Assembly (NCBI GenBank): GCA_001314625.1
Contig: LJSH01000003.1
Span: 171,454-235,453 of the forward strand
DNA length: 64,000 nucleotides
Source of the DNA: Oceanicaulis sp. HLUCCA04
Lineage (GTDB): Bacteria; Pseudomonadota; Alphaproteobacteria; Caulobacterales; Maricaulaceae
Direction: 5' to 3'
Shown: positions 18,636 to 29,237 of the stretch, in pieces
How positions within the stretch are numbered: position 1 is the first letter of the stretch
Layout of the letters: each line of letters opens with the position of its first letter
The notes under the pieces: generated by a model
Told to the model about the DNA's origin: nothing
What the model saw: only the letters and a program-made list of their open reading frames with translations
The model's database searches: none
Program-made: the position numbers and the translations under genes

Positions 18636-18986
18636 CTAAACCCCGAACGCTGCCTTGACGTCCTTGGTCCAGCCCACATGGACGCTATCGCCGGAAACGA
18701 TGACCGGGCGTTTGATCAGGGTGCGGTGTTCATCGAGCAGGGCGGCGAGGGTGGCCGGGTCATCGGCGCGTGCCTGTTGAGCGTCCGATAGCTTGCGCCA
18801 GGTCATCGAGGCGCGGTTGATGATTTTCGCCTCGCCGACGGCCGTGATCCAGCCGGGGATCAGTCCGGCCACAGACGGTTCGGCGCGAATGTCGACGAAG
18901 GCGGGCTTGTGCCCGCCTTCGTCCAGCGCGGTTATCGCCTTGCGGCAGGTATCGCAGTTCTTCAGTCCGTATACGGTCAGGCTCAT
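18636..18986 (-). CDS. ArsC/Spx/YffB family protein
   Basis: YGLKNCDTCRKA CxxC motif, INRASMTWRKL, LIKRPV. Confidence 0.88.
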   Translation of the reverse strand: MSLTVYGLKNCDTCRKAITALDEGGHKPAFVDIRAEPSVAGLIPGWITAVGEAKIINRASMTWRKLSDAQQARADDPATLAALLDEHRTLIKRPVIVSGDSVHVGWTKDVKAAFGV

Positions 18987-19402
18987 ACCGGCAGCGCGAT
19001 CAGATTGCGGATGGCGATGACGAACAGGCAGATCGTGGCCAGCGCATAGATGGCAAAGCGCAAGGGAATGAAATTGATCGTGCTCTGCACAAATGAGTGG
19101 ATCACGCGCAGGATCACATAGGTCCAGGCCAGGCCGATATTGATGGCATCGCCTACGCCGACCAGATGGCTGTAGGTGACGAGCGCGTAGAACAGGACCG
19201 GCTGCTCGTGCAGATGGTTATGATTATCGGCAATCTGGCGCACGCTGCGCGGCAGCACGTCAAATTCCGATTTTTCCTTCAGCTTCGCGGCGTTGATACC
19301 CGCCTTCTGCATCGCCGGAATGCGCGTGGCGTACATCCATAGCCACATGACCAGCGTCCAGCATACCAGTGCCAGCAAGGGCACCATCATGGATTGATAC
19401 AT
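18983..19402 (-). CDS. MAPEG family membrane protein
   Basis: WMYATRIPAM, ADNHNHLHEQPVLFY, RVIHSFV; start MYQSM at 19402 with GGAG RBS. Confidence 0.85.
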   Translation of the reverse strand: MYQSMMVPLLALVCWTLVMWLWMYATRIPAMQKAGINAAKLKEKSEFDVLPRSVRQIADNHNHLHEQPVLFYALVTYSHLVGVGDAINIGLAWTYVILRVIHSFVQSTINFIPLRFAIYALATICLFVIAIRNLIALPV

Positions 19403-19537
19403 GTCTTGTCTCCTCCCGCCGGGGCGCTTTCGCGCGCCCTCAAGGCGCAAACTAAAGCGCGACTCTGTGCAAACGGGAAGGGGGAAGAGGGGGAGGACGC
19501 CGCTTTGCGCATCCCCCGCCTGCGCCCGGTCAGCGTC

Positions 19538-20296
19538 TTACTTCGCCGCCGCCATCAGATAGTTCACACCGCAATCGGAACTGATGAAGAAGCTGTCCTT
19601 GAGCGGATTATAGCTGACACCTACCGGCTGCTCGGTGGAAAGCCCTGCTGCCTTTAGCGCGGCTTCCACCTCTTCGGGCTTTACCAGCTTGTCAAAGCGG
19701 TGCGTGCCGCGCGGCAGCCAGCCCAGCACATATTCGGCGCCGAATATGGCGGTGACGAAGGCGCGGCTGGTGCGGTTGATCGTGCCGACAATCATCACCC
19801 CGCCGGGCTTCACCAGGCTCGCGCAGTCGGTGAGGAAGGCTTGCGGGTCGGCGACATGCTCGACGACTTCAAGGTTCAGCACCACATCAAACCGGCCCGG
19901 CCCTTCGGCCTGAAGTAGCTGTTCGGCGGTGCCGTGGCGGTAATCGATGTCCAGCCCGGCTTCTTGCGCATGGACCAGAGCGGTCTTGATATTGGGCCCG
20001 GCGGCATCCACGCCGGTCACGCGCGCGCCCAGGCGTGCCATGGGTTCGGCCACCAGCCCGCCGCCACAGCCGATGTCCAGAAGGGTCAGCCCCTCCAGCG
20101 GCGTGCGGCCCTCGCGGGCGAAATGCGCGCACAGACGCTCGCGAATCCAGCTCAGGCGCGCCGGGTTGAATTTGTGCAAGGGCGCGAATTTGGATTTGGG
20201 ATCCCACCACTCGGCGGCCATGGCCGAGAACTTCTCCACCTCTGCCGGATCGATGGAGGGGCTGGTCAGGGTTTCAGGCGAGGTCGCGTGGGCCAT
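19538..20296 (-). CDS. ubiG: Ubiquinone biosynthesis O-methyltransferase
   Basis: [55 protein letters not shown]. Confidence 0.95.
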   Translation of the reverse strand: MAHATSPETLTSPSIDPAEVEKFSAMAAEWWDPKSKFAPLHKFNPARLSWIRERLCAHFAREGRTPLEGLTLLDIGCGGGLVAEPMARLGARVTGVDAAGPNIKTALVHAQEAGLDIDYRHGTAEQLLQAEGPGRFDVVLNLEVVEHVADPQAFLTDCASLVKPGGVMIVGTINRTSRAFVTAIFGAEYVLGWLPRGTHRFDKLVKPEEVEAALKAAGLSTEQPVGVSYNPLKDSFFISSDCGVNYLMAAAK

Positions 20297-20494
20297 GGAA
20301 ATATCCTGCGGCGCGTGAGGGTTGATCACGCAGACCAATATACGGCGGCATGCGCGCGCGTTAAGGGCCGTGAGTGAGGTAAAATGCCGCCGTCTGAACG
20401 CGCGGGCCAGGCGGAGCGCACAGCCGGTAGCGTGTTCAAAACCGGGCTGCCCGAGGCCCCGGATCGCGTCGCGTCCGGGGGTTTCAGCTACGTC

Positions 20495-21334
20495 CTACCG
20501 GCCCGGCCCGTTGGGGGTGGCGGCTTCGGCCTCGGCGCGTGCGGTGCGCCAGTCGGCGACAAAGCTGTCCATGGCCAGCGATTCCAGTATCTGGCCGGAA
20601 GTGCCCAGCACGCCGATATCCTGCGCGCCCGAACGCACGCGCACCGCGCCCGCATCAGTGGCCGACACTTCAAGCCCGGTCTCGTCGGGCGCGCGATAGG
20701 ACGCGCCGGCGTCCATCTCGCGGGCAAACAGGACGCGCCCCGAGGCGTCGCGGATTTCCAAGGTTACGGGTGAAATGGCGGTGAAGACCAGCGCTTCGGG
20801 GGCCTGCGCGGTGGGCAGGCCAGCCCAGATGCGGGCCGGGTCCGGCGCGCGGCTGGACTCCACGACGGGGCGCGGCGTGGCCAGCAGGGTGGCCGCATCC
20901 GGGGCATCGGCGAAGGCCCCTGTGCGCGTGACGTGAATGCCATACCAGCTGGTTGCCGCCAGCACGCTGCCCAGAATGACAACGGCGCCGATAACCCCCT
21001 TGGGCAATTTGAATTCGCGTTTCTTCTTCGGCGCGGTGGGCTGGGCGCGGCCGGTATCGCATTCGACTTCCAGCTTGAACTGCTCCACCACGTCGGTGAC
21101 GTTCAGCTCCAGAAAGCCGGCATAGGCGCGCAGATAGCCGATCGTGTAGGCGCGCGACGGCAGACCGCGCGGATCCATGGCTTCCAGGGCTTCAAGATAA
21201 TCGCGTTTGATGCGGGTGCGCGCAGCAGCAGAATCGAGCGTCCAGCCGTGTTTCAGGCGCGCCTGGCGCAACAGATCGCCGATACTGACCGGGCCGCTAG
21301 GGGCTACCGGCGCCTTCGCGAAGACGGCGTCCAT
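20495..21334 (-). CDS. RodZ-like HTH/DUF4115 membrane protein
   Basis: IGDLLRQAR..TRIK..YLEALE...Y.IGYLRAYA HTH, one TM segment, C-terminal beta-rich domain; start uncertain. Confidence 0.85.
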   Translation of the reverse strand: MDAVFAKAPVAPSGPVSIGDLLRQARLKHGWTLDSAAARTRIKRDYLEALEAMDPRGLPSRAYTIGYLRAYAGFLELNVTDVVEQFKLEVECDTGRAQPTAPKKKREFKLPKGVIGAVVILGSVLAATSWYGIHVTRTGAFADAPDAATLLATPRPVVESSRAPDPARIWAGLPTAQAPEALVFTAISPVTLEIRDASGRVLFAREMDAGASYRAPDETGLEVSATDAGAVRVRSGAQDIGVLGTSGQILESLAMDSFVADWRTARAEAEAATPNGPGR

Positions 21335-21476
21335 GGGCACGTATTGACTTCCTGCTACCTGACCGGCCAGCTTTTGCATTGCGTTTTGAACCGCTTGTCA
21401 GCGGCTTCCCCTCACCACCAGCGTTGAGTCGGGCCACTTCGGTGTGGCTTTTTGATCCCAGCGCAAGCGGATTAAA

Positions 21477-23804
21477 TCAAAATGCCGCATGGTTATCAAC
21501 AAGTAGTGAAGATATTCCGGCTTCTTGCGCAGCGATGATCAGCTTTTGTCTCAATGATTTATCCGGTTGCGGACCATCATTTGCCAGTTCCCCTGCAAGC
21601 CAGGTGCCAAGGCGTGCCGCATCACATCCCGCCAGCGCGGCCTTGACCGGCCCGATACTGCCCGCCGCCATCGACAGGCGGCGATAGCCCAGCGCGGCGA
21701 GCACGCACGCCTCCAGCGGCCGCCCGGCTATCTCGCCGCACACCGAGACCGGCTTGCCGGCTGCGTCACACGCCTCGCGGACAGATTTGAGCAGGGCCAG
21801 CGGGGCCGGGGCCAGCACGTCATAGCGGCTGGCCACTTGCGGGTTCTGGCGGTCCGCAGCGAAGAAATACTGCATCAGATCATTCGCGCCGACGGCGGCA
21901 AAGTCGCACAAGGCCAGGAAAGGTTCGGGCGCAAAGGCCACGGCGGGCGTCTCGATCATCAGCCCGGTCTCGACGGCCAGCGGCACGTCATGGCCGTGAT
22001 GGCGCGCAAGCTCCAGCTCGGTATGCAACAGGTCGCGCGCGCGGGCCAGCTCGCCGATATCCGCGACCATGGGGAAGAGGACTTTCAGCACCCTCCCGGC
22101 GCTGGCCCGGACCAGCGCGCGCAGCTGGTATCGGGTCAGGGCCGGCCGGTCGAGACCCATGCGCAGCGCCCGCCAGCCCAGCGCCGGATTGGGTTCACGC
22201 AGCTCGGGGATGAAGCGCGTCACCTTGTCGCCGCCCAGATCGAGCGTGCGGAACACGACCGGCTTGTCCCCGGCGGCATTGAGCACCGATTTGTACATCT
22301 CGATCTGGGTCGAGACGCGCGGCAGGGTGTGGGAGATCATGAACTGGAACTCGGTGCGGAACAGGCCGACACCGGCGGCGCCCGTCTCGGCAAGGCGCGG
22401 CAGCTCGATCAGCAGGCCGGCATTCATCGAGAGTTCCATCGCCGCGCCATCGGCGGTGCTGGCGGGCGCGTCCCGCCTTGCCGCATAGGCCAGATGGGCT
22501 TTGGACAGCCCTTCCATGCGCTCGGCATAGGCGGTCAGCACTTCCTCGCCGGGGCGCACATGCAAAACGCCGAACTCGCCATCCAGGATCAGCGTGTCGC
22601 CGTCCTCCACGCGGTCCAGCGCGCCTTCGACCTGGCCGACCATGGGAATGCCCAGCGCCTTGGCCACGATGGCGGCATGACTGGTGGCCGAGCCTTCCTC
22701 GGTGGCGATACCGGCCAGGCGCGACCTGTCCAGCTCCATCAGCTCGGCCGGGCCGATCGAGCGCGCGACCAGAATGGCATTGGCCGGCAGGTCGGTCATG
22801 GCGCGCACGGCGTCCGGTCCGGCCAGATGGCGCAGGAGCCGGTTGGCGAGGTCTTCGAGATCGTGCAGGCGCTCGCGGAAATGGGGTTCGCGCGCCTTCA
22901 TCAGCCGCGCGCGATGGGTATTGCGCACGCGCTCCACTGCCGCCTCGACGGTGAGGCCGGAGCGCACCGCCTCGCGCAGCTGCTCGATCCAGCCCCGGTC
23001 ATGGGCGAACATGCGATAGGCTTCCAGAACATCGCGCGAGGGCGTGCCGACCGGCGCACGGCCCGATTCCAGCAGTTCATCGAGACCGCGCCGCAGATCG
23101 GCGACGGCGACATCAAGGCGCGCCTCCTCGGCTTCGGCATCTTCGGCGATCATGCGCGCGGAGGCGACATGCGGCTCGTGGATCACGGCCACGCCCATGG
23201 CGATACCCGGTGCCAGCGCCGCCCCGGCATAGCGCTCGGGCCCCGAAGCGCGCAGTTCCAGATCGGAGAAGGCTTCGGCGCGGATCAGCTCGCCTGACGC
23301 CACGATCTCGGCCAGCAGCATGGCCACCGTCTGCAGCGTCTCGATTTCCTCTTCGGTACTGGGGCGCACGGCCATGGTCTGGGCGGTGAGCACGCCGACC
23401 AGACGTCCGCCGCGCAGAACCGGCACGCCGACAAAGCTCTTGAACGGCTCTTCGCCGGTTTCGGGTTTGTAGGCAAAGCGCGGGTGGGTCGGCGCGTCCT
23501 CGACCGAAACGGGCCGTGCACGCTGGGCGACCAGACCCACCAGACCTTCGTCACGCGCCAGCCGCAGGCTGTGAACCGCTTCGGCTTTCAGCCCGTGGGT
23601 TGCCGACAATTCCAGCGCGCCGCTGGGCAGGACCAGATAGATCGAGCACACATCCGAGCCGGTTTCCTCGGCAATGATGCGCGTCAGCCGGTCAAGGCGC
23701 GCCTGCGCCTGATCCTGCTCGGCCATCAGGTCACGGATGCGTTGCAGCAGCCGGCGCGGGCCGCGCAGACCTGTCCTGTCCAGCATGGGGTTTTCCGGCG
23801 TCAT
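21477..23804 (-). CDS. ptsP: Phosphoenolpyruvate-protein phosphotransferase EI(Ntr), GAF-containing
   Basis: N-terminal GAF; GSATSHAAIVAK phospho-His; GVGLFRTEF, RTLDLGGDK, VGANDLMQY. Confidence 0.95.
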   Translation of the reverse strand: MTPENPMLDRTGLRGPRRLLQRIRDLMAEQDQAQARLDRLTRIIAEETGSDVCSIYLVLPSGALELSATHGLKAEAVHSLRLARDEGLVGLVAQRARPVSVEDAPTHPRFAYKPETGEEPFKSFVGVPVLRGGRLVGVLTAQTMAVRPSTEEEIETLQTVAMLLAEIVASGELIRAEAFSDLELRASGPERYAGAALAPGIAMGVAVIHEPHVASARMIAEDAEAEEARLDVAVADLRRGLDELLESGRAPVGTPSRDVLEAYRMFAHDRGWIEQLREAVRSGLTVEAAVERVRNTHRARLMKAREPHFRERLHDLEDLANRLLRHLAGPDAVRAMTDLPANAILVARSIGPAELMELDRSRLAGIATEEGSATSHAAIVAKALGIPMVGQVEGALDRVEDGDTLILDGEFGVLHVRPGEEVLTAYAERMEGLSKAHLAYAARRDAPASTADGAAMELSMNAGLLIELPRLAETGAAGVGLFRTEFQFMISHTLPRVSTQIEMYKSVLNAAGDKPVVFRTLDLGGDKVTRFIPELREPNPALGWRALRMGLDRPALTRYQLRALVRASAGRVLKVLFPMVADIGELARARDLLHTELELARHHGHDVPLAVETGLMIETPAVAFAPEPFLALCDFAAVGANDLMQYFFAADRQNPQVASRYDVLAPAPLALLKSVREACDAAGKPVSVCGEIAGRPLEACVLAALGYRRLSMAAGSIGPVKAALAGCDAARLGTWLAGELANDGPQPDKSLRQKLIIAAQEAGISSLLVDNHAAF

Positions 23805-23884
23805 TGTTCTAGCAATCCATCCCGTGGCTGCGGGCCGGCAATGTCAGTGATTGCGCGGGGCAGTGGCCCCTTTCGGCTCTGACG

Positions 23885-25090
23885 TCAAGCCTCGTCCAGC
23901 CGGTAGGCTGCATGAAGGGCGCGCACGGCCCGTTCCAGTGCATCTTCGTTCACGAGTGCTGAAATCTTGATCTCCGAGGTCGCCAGCATACGCACCTCGA
24001 TGGCCTCGCGTTCCAGCACGCCATAGAGCGTGCGCGCCACGTCTGCCCGGCCACGCAGGCCCGTGCCGACAACCGACACCTTGGCCAGCCCGACCGCTGA
24101 ACCCAGCCCTTCATATCCGGCCAAGGCGGCAAGTGCGGCGCGCAGATCGCGCCCCTCTACGGAAAATTCCAGATTGGATCCGCCGGAGCGCGCGCGGCCC
24201 TGCACGATCATGTCGACATGTACGCCCGCTGCCGCGAGTGCGGCAAACACCGCGCCGGGCCCGCTGGTACTGCCTTCAATGCCGGGTATGGCGATGCGCG
24301 CCTGCGCCCTGGCATAGGCGATGCCGGAGACCACGCGCCGCTCAGCCAGCGCGCTTTCGTTCACGACCTCGGTGCCCGCACTGTGTCCTGGCGGGGCAAA
24401 GCTCGATTTCACCCGCATCGCCACGCCCTTGGCCTTGGCGTATTCGACAGAGCGGGTCTGCAGCACTTTCGCGCCCATCGCGGCCAGCTCCAGCATCTCG
24501 TCATGGGAGATACGCTCCAGCCGGGTGGCTTTGGGCTCGATGCGCGGATCGGTGGTGAAGACGCCATCGACATCGGTGTAGATATCGCAATCAGCGCCCA
24601 GCACGGCGGCAATAGCGGCGGCAGACAGGTCCGTGCCGCCGCGCCCCAGCGTGACAAGACGGCCCTGCGCGTCGACGCCCTGAAACCCGGCGATAACCGG
24701 GATTACCCCGCCTGCCAACAGGCTTTCCAGCACCTCGCCATCAATGCCGGTGATGCGGGCCGCGCCGGGCGGGCCTTCGACCTCGATCGGCAGCTGCCAG
24801 GCCAGAACGGAGCGCGCTTTCAATCCGAGTTGTTTGAGCGCCAGCGCCATAAGCGCGGCCGCGGCCTGTTCACCCGCTGCCAGCGCGGTATCGGTCTCGA
24901 TCTCGCCCAAGCCCCCGCCAAGGGCGCTGGCATGGCCCAGATAGCGATCGGTCTCGCCCGCCATCGCCGAGACCACCACCGCCACCTGATGGCCGTTGGC
25001 GATTTCGGCGGCGGCGATTGCAGCCGAATGGGCAATCCGCTCAGGACTGCCCATGGAGGTGCCGCCAAATTTCAGGACCAGACGTGTCAT
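23885..25090 (-). CDS. lysC: Aspartate kinase
   Basis: VLKFGGTS, VVVSAMAG, TLGRGGTDLSA, IYTDVDGV, two ACT domains with TSEIKIS; RBS AGGAGG. Confidence 0.95.
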   Translation of the reverse strand: MTRLVLKFGGTSMGSPERIAHSAAIAAAEIANGHQVAVVVSAMAGETDRYLGHASALGGGLGEIETDTALAAGEQAAAALMALALKQLGLKARSVLAWQLPIEVEGPPGAARITGIDGEVLESLLAGGVIPVIAGFQGVDAQGRLVTLGRGGTDLSAAAIAAVLGADCDIYTDVDGVFTTDPRIEPKATRLERISHDEMLELAAMGAKVLQTRSVEYAKAKGVAMRVKSSFAPPGHSAGTEVVNESALAERRVVSGIAYARAQARIAIPGIEGSTSGPGAVFAALAAAGVHVDMIVQGRARSGGSNLEFSVEGRDLRAALAALAGYEGLGSAVGLAKVSVVGTGLRGRADVARTLYGVLEREAIEVRMLATSEIKISALVNEDALERAVRALHAAYRLDEA

Positions 25091-25177
25091 CGCCCCTCCT
25101 TTAGCAGGATTGGTGCCGGGAGGAAGCGGGGGATCACGCATTCAGACCGTGGGGCCTTGCTCCCATGCTCAACATGT

Positions 25178-25217
25178 CCGGGGTCCCCCGTCGGGGCGGG
25201 GGACCCCGGTGGAGAGT
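25178..25217. repeat. Single REP-like palindrome (same family as 18402 and 35255)
   Basis: CCGGGGTCCCCCGTCGGGGCGGGGGACCCCGGTGGAGAG; 25182-25217 is the exact reverse complement of 35255-35290. Confidence 0.9.
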
Positions 25218-25314
25218 GCATCGGGACAGCGTTGCGCAACGCAGAGACGTTTAGCCGCCTTCACCTCGTCACATCGCTCCTATATGTAGGGGCAAGACGC
25301 GAAGGAGAGCCGTC

Positions 25315-26454
25315 ATGGCGGTCGAGGATCACACCAAAGTCAGGCCCTGGCGGGCGATTGACCGGCGCGTCTCGCGCAAGATCCGTGTCGGCAGCGTCGA
25401 GGTGGGCGGTGATGCGCCGATCTCCGTCCAGTCGATGACCAACACGCCGACCAGTGATGCGCGTGCGACGCTTGACCAGATACGCGCGCTGGAAGAAGCC
25501 GGCGCAGATATTGTGCGCGTTTCCTGCCCGGATGAAGCCTCGACGGCGGCGTTCAGGACCATTGCCCGCGAAGCCAGCGTGCCGCTCGTGGCCGATATTC
25601 ACTTCCACTACAAGCGCGGCATCGAGGCGGCAGAGGCCGGCGCGGCGTGCCTGCGGATCAATCCGGGCAATATCGGCTCCATGGCGCGCGTGAAAGAGGT
25701 TGTCTCGGCGGCGCGCAATAATGGCTGCTCCATCCGTATCGGGGTCAATGCCGGTTCGCTGGAGCGCGAGCTGCTGGAGAAATATGGCGAGCCGTGCCCC
25801 GACGCGATGGTGGAAAGCGCGCTCAATCATGCGCGCATTCTCGATGATCTGGATTTTCACGAATACAAGATCTCGGTGAAGGCCTCGGACCTGTTCCTCA
25901 CCGTGGCCGCCTATCAGATGCTGGCCGAACAGACCGACGCGCCCTTGCATCTGGGCGTCACCGAGGCCGGGGGCTTGCGTTCGGGCACTATCAAATCGGC
26001 CATCGGCATGGGCTCGCTTTTGTGGGCCGGGATTGGCGACACGATCCGGGTTTCGCTCTCGGCCGAACCGGTGGAGGAAATCCGCGCAGGCTATGACATG
26101 CTCAAAGCCTTGGGCCTGCGCACGCGCGGTGTGAATATCATCGCCTGTCCATCCTGTGCGCGGCAGGGCTTTGACGTGATCCGCACGGTCGAAGCGCTCG
26201 AAGCGCGTCTGGCCCATATCTCCGAGCCGATCTCCCTTTCCATCATTGGCTGCGTGGTCAACGGCCCCGGCGAGGCAGCCTATACCGATCTGGGCTTTAC
26301 CGGCGGCGGCAAGGGCGCAGGCATGCTCTATTTTGCCGGCCAGCAGAGCGAAAAAGTCTCCAACGAGACCATGATCGAACGCATTGTCGCGGCGGTCGAG
26401 GACAAGGCGGAGAAGATGCGCGCGGAGCGTCAGGCCCTGGCCGCAGCGGAATAG
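25315..26454 (+). CDS. ispG: 4-hydroxy-3-methylbut-2-en-1-yl diphosphate synthase
   Basis: [44 protein letters not shown]...GCVVNGPGE 4Fe-4S ligands. Confidence 0.97.
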   Translation: MAVEDHTKVRPWRAIDRRVSRKIRVGSVEVGGDAPISVQSMTNTPTSDARATLDQIRALEEAGADIVRVSCPDEASTAAFRTIAREASVPLVADIHFHYKRGIEAAEAGAACLRINPGNIGSMARVKEVVSAARNNGCSIRIGVNAGSLERELLEKYGEPCPDAMVESALNHARILDDLDFHEYKISVKASDLFLTVAAYQMLAEQTDAPLHLGVTEAGGLRSGTIKSAIGMGSLLWAGIGDTIRVSLSAEPVEEIRAGYDMLKALGLRTRGVNIIACPSCARQGFDVIRTVEALEARLAHISEPISLSIIGCVVNGPGEAAYTDLGFTGGGKGAGMLYFAGQQSEKVSNETMIERIVAAVEDKAEKMRAERQALAAAE

Positions 26455-26487
26455 ACGGGCGTCCCGTCCCCGGTTCGCGCTTTACCC

Positions 26488-26768
26488 TTCGTCATTCCGG
26501 CGCAAGCCGGAACCCAGTTTTTTAGTTCCGCAACGCGGATGCGTTGCGATGTTCCGTGCACGAGCGTGGGCGGCCTTTGGCCATTCAGGCCGCATAGCGG
26601 CCAGCGCCGCTTCTGGAATGACGATTGTGAGGTGCCAGGGCAGATTTTCTGGGTCCCCCGTCGACGCGGGGGACCCCGCATATGTTGCGTTTTGTCGACT
26701 CAAATGGAGCCACCAGTTGACTCGCCGACCTGTCAACCGGTGTCCCGGCCCCCGAGCCGGGACCTATG
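26488..26768. repeat. Mixed REP cluster (CGTC-tagged unit plus GGGTCCCCCG family units)
   Basis: TTCGTCATTCCGGCGCAAGCCGGAACCCAG 26488-26517; partner end TTCTGGAATGACGA 26611-26624; GGGTCCCCCGTCGACGCGGGGGACCCC 26651-26677; degenerate unit 26735-26768. Confidence 0.8.
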
Positions 26769-26802
26769 GCCGTTTCACCGAAAAGCGCCAACGCGTCGAG
26801 CG

Positions 26803-27287
26803 CTATTCCTGCTTGGCGACTTCTGTTGCGTTGCCTTGATAAAGTGTCATCACAGACCTCGGATAAAATACCCTGTCAAAATCCTCTGGTCTCAGATTTT
26901 CGCCGAGATTCAGGTCTTCAGTAATTGCTTCAATTAAATCAATCAGCTTCCCTTTTCGTTGTGACCAACCTTCCCTCGTATCCAAGTTTGGATCCCTTGC
27001 CGAAGTATGAAATCTAGACCAACAATCACGCACCTTTTTAGAGTCGTAAAAAACGAGATCTATAAGATTTAAAGCACCTGCGAAATTATCGTGAACAAAA
27101 TCGTATCTATATTGCATTAAATTACCAAGTATAATCATTTTTTATTTCGAATCTGCTCTTTTTCTTGAACAGATATCGTAAGTTTTGCCGCTTCTATGGG
27201 TCCTCGCCACGCAGCCACGGCCGCTGCGACGGCAGCGCATGCAGCTAGACCCGTAACAATCAACTGAACGACTGTAACAGCTTCCAT
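26803..27287 (-). pseudogene. AT-rich DUF6680-like gene split into 50-aa and 111-aa ORFs at an A-run
   Basis: GGAGG RBS; ORF1 27287-27135 (TM helix...WRGPIEAAK...IRNKK*) overlaps ORF2 ATG (27138) in AAAAAATGA. The fused product resembles DUF6680 (GPI.A...LM..R...ALNLIDLVFY). Confidence 0.6.
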
Positions 27288-27308
27288 CGCTTTAACCTCC
27301 TTTGCGCC

Positions 27309-29051
27309 CTACCCCTCCTGCGCCGCAATCCACGCTTCCATTTTCTGTTCCAGATAGGAGAGCGGGAGGGAGCCGTCCTCAAGGATCGTGTCGTGGAAAT
27401 CGGCGAGGTCGAAATCCTCGCCGAGGCGGGCCTCGCCCTGGCTGCGCAGGCGGCGGATCAGGATTTCCCCGGTCTTGTAGGCCAGCGCCTGACCCGGCAT
27501 TGAGATATAGCGTGCCACCTCATTGGTGACGTTAAGCGGTGACAGTGCGGAATTGTCGAGGAAGCAGCTTTCCGCCTCTTCGCGCGTCCAGCCGAAATAG
27601 TGGATGCCGGTATCCACCACGAGGCGGCAGGCGCGCCACATCTCGTAGGAGAGGCGGCCGAAATCCTCATACGGATCTTCATAGAAGCCCATATCGAGGC
27701 CAAGGAATTCCGAATACAGCCCCCAGCCTTCGCCAAAGGCGGTGATATAGGTCTGGCGGCGGAAGGACGGCATGTCCTCGATTTCCTGCGCCAGTGCGAT
27801 TTGGTGGTGATGGCCGGGCACGGCCTCGTGCAGGGTGAGGGCGGGCAGCTCATAAAAGGGGCGCTGGTCGAGTGCATAGGTGTTGACCATGTATCCGCCT
27901 GCGCGGCCCGTTTCAGCATCGCCCGGCCAGTAGCGGCCGGTGGTATAATTGGGGGCGAGCGCGGGCGGCACTGGCCGGACGCCATAGGGCAGGCGCGGCA
28001 GGCGGTTGAACACCGATGGCATCGCATCATCGGCGAGCTTGGCCAGATAAGAGGCCCGCATCATCAGCTCCATCTCGCTCTGCGCGTAGAAGCGCGGATC
28101 GGTGCGCAGATACTGCGTGAACGCGTCAAAACTGCCTTCAAACCCGGTGCGGGCGATGACCTCCTCCATCTCCGCGCGGATGCGCGCCACTTCGTCCAGC
28201 CCTGTCTGGTGGACTTCCTCCGCCGTCAGGTCCAGCGAGGTGTGATAGCGCACCAGAGCCTGATAATATTCGCGCCCGCCGGGAATTTCCGAGATGCCGA
28301 TGCTGTCGCGCGAGGCCGGCAGATAGGTGTTTTCAAAATACGCGCGGAGATTCTCAATCGAAGGAATCACGGTGTCTGCGATCACAGCCGCGCCGCGTTC
28401 CTGCAGGGCGCCGCGTTCCTCAGCCGGTATGCTGGCAGGCAGATTGGCGAGCGGCATGTAGAGGGCGCTGTCACGCGGGTCATCGACAATCTGCGCCGCG
28501 ATCTGGTCGATCACGCCGGGGATGATTTCGCGCGGCTGGGTCCAGCCCGCTTCGATGGCTCCATCCAGCCAGCTCATCCAGGCGTCCAGATGGGCCGGAT
28601 AGCCCTCCAGCCGGTCGATCCAGGCTTGCGCTTCCTCGGCGCTGCGGATTCGCACGCTCATGGCGTCGAAATCGGCCGCCGTGTGAAAACCGGAATCGTT
28701 AGTGAAGGGGAAATACATGCCTTGCGTATCGGGCAGCGCATAAGCATGGCGCAAAATATGCTCCAGCACGGCGTAGGAGGCGGTGTCGCCGCCCTCCAGC
28801 GCATCGGCATCAATGGCCTGCAGCCGGTCGTAGAACTCGGCCATGTCCGCATCGCGCTGTTCGATGGTTTCGTGCGAGATGTCACGCCATTCGCGCATTG
28901 CATCGAGATCGCCCGCGCGGATGCGTGCCTGCACATCGCGCTCTTCGGTCCACGCCTCGTAGTCGGCGACCAGCGTCGCAAAATCAGCCGCCGGATCGGC
29001 GTGGGCGGAAGACGTGGCAAAGAGTAGAATGGCGGCGAGGGTAGCGCGCAT
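27309..29051 (-). CDS. DUF885 family secreted protein (metallopeptidase-like)
   Basis: Signal peptide; TLHEAVPGHHHQ, AFGEGWGLYSE, MWRACRLVVDTG, EVARYISMPGQALAYKTG. Confidence 0.93.
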   Translation of the reverse strand: MRATLAAILLFATSSAHADPAADFATLVADYEAWTEERDVQARIRAGDLDAMREWRDISHETIEQRDADMAEFYDRLQAIDADALEGGDTASYAVLEHILRHAYALPDTQGMYFPFTNDSGFHTAADFDAMSVRIRSAEEAQAWIDRLEGYPAHLDAWMSWLDGAIEAGWTQPREIIPGVIDQIAAQIVDDPRDSALYMPLANLPASIPAEERGALQERGAAVIADTVIPSIENLRAYFENTYLPASRDSIGISEIPGGREYYQALVRYHTSLDLTAEEVHQTGLDEVARIRAEMEEVIARTGFEGSFDAFTQYLRTDPRFYAQSEMELMMRASYLAKLADDAMPSVFNRLPRLPYGVRPVPPALAPNYTTGRYWPGDAETGRAGGYMVNTYALDQRPFYELPALTLHEAVPGHHHQIALAQEIEDMPSFRRQTYITAFGEGWGLYSEFLGLDMGFYEDPYEDFGRLSYEMWRACRLVVDTGIHYFGWTREEAESCFLDNSALSPLNVTNEVARYISMPGQALAYKTGEILIRRLRSQGEARLGEDFDLADFHDTILEDGSLPLSYLEQKMEAWIAAQEG

Positions 29052-29237
29052 GGGAAAAAAAACTCCGTGCAGCTTCAAGGGTGTTGGCGATAGCCTACAC
29101 GGTGGCTTCCGGAACGCCAGCCACGTGTGGCGAGGCGGGCAATGGCAGACACCAGGCCTGTCATCCGCCTGGAAAACTTTGTGTGATGCAATCGGACCAA
29201 CGCGTCGCTCGCAATGGCCGCATTGCGTGCTTCTGGC

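Noticed and set aside
18069-18791. ORFs 18069-18539, 18268-18573, 18470-18679, 18564-18791
   Set aside because: Translations of the repeat mosaic; no protein motifs or plausible RBS
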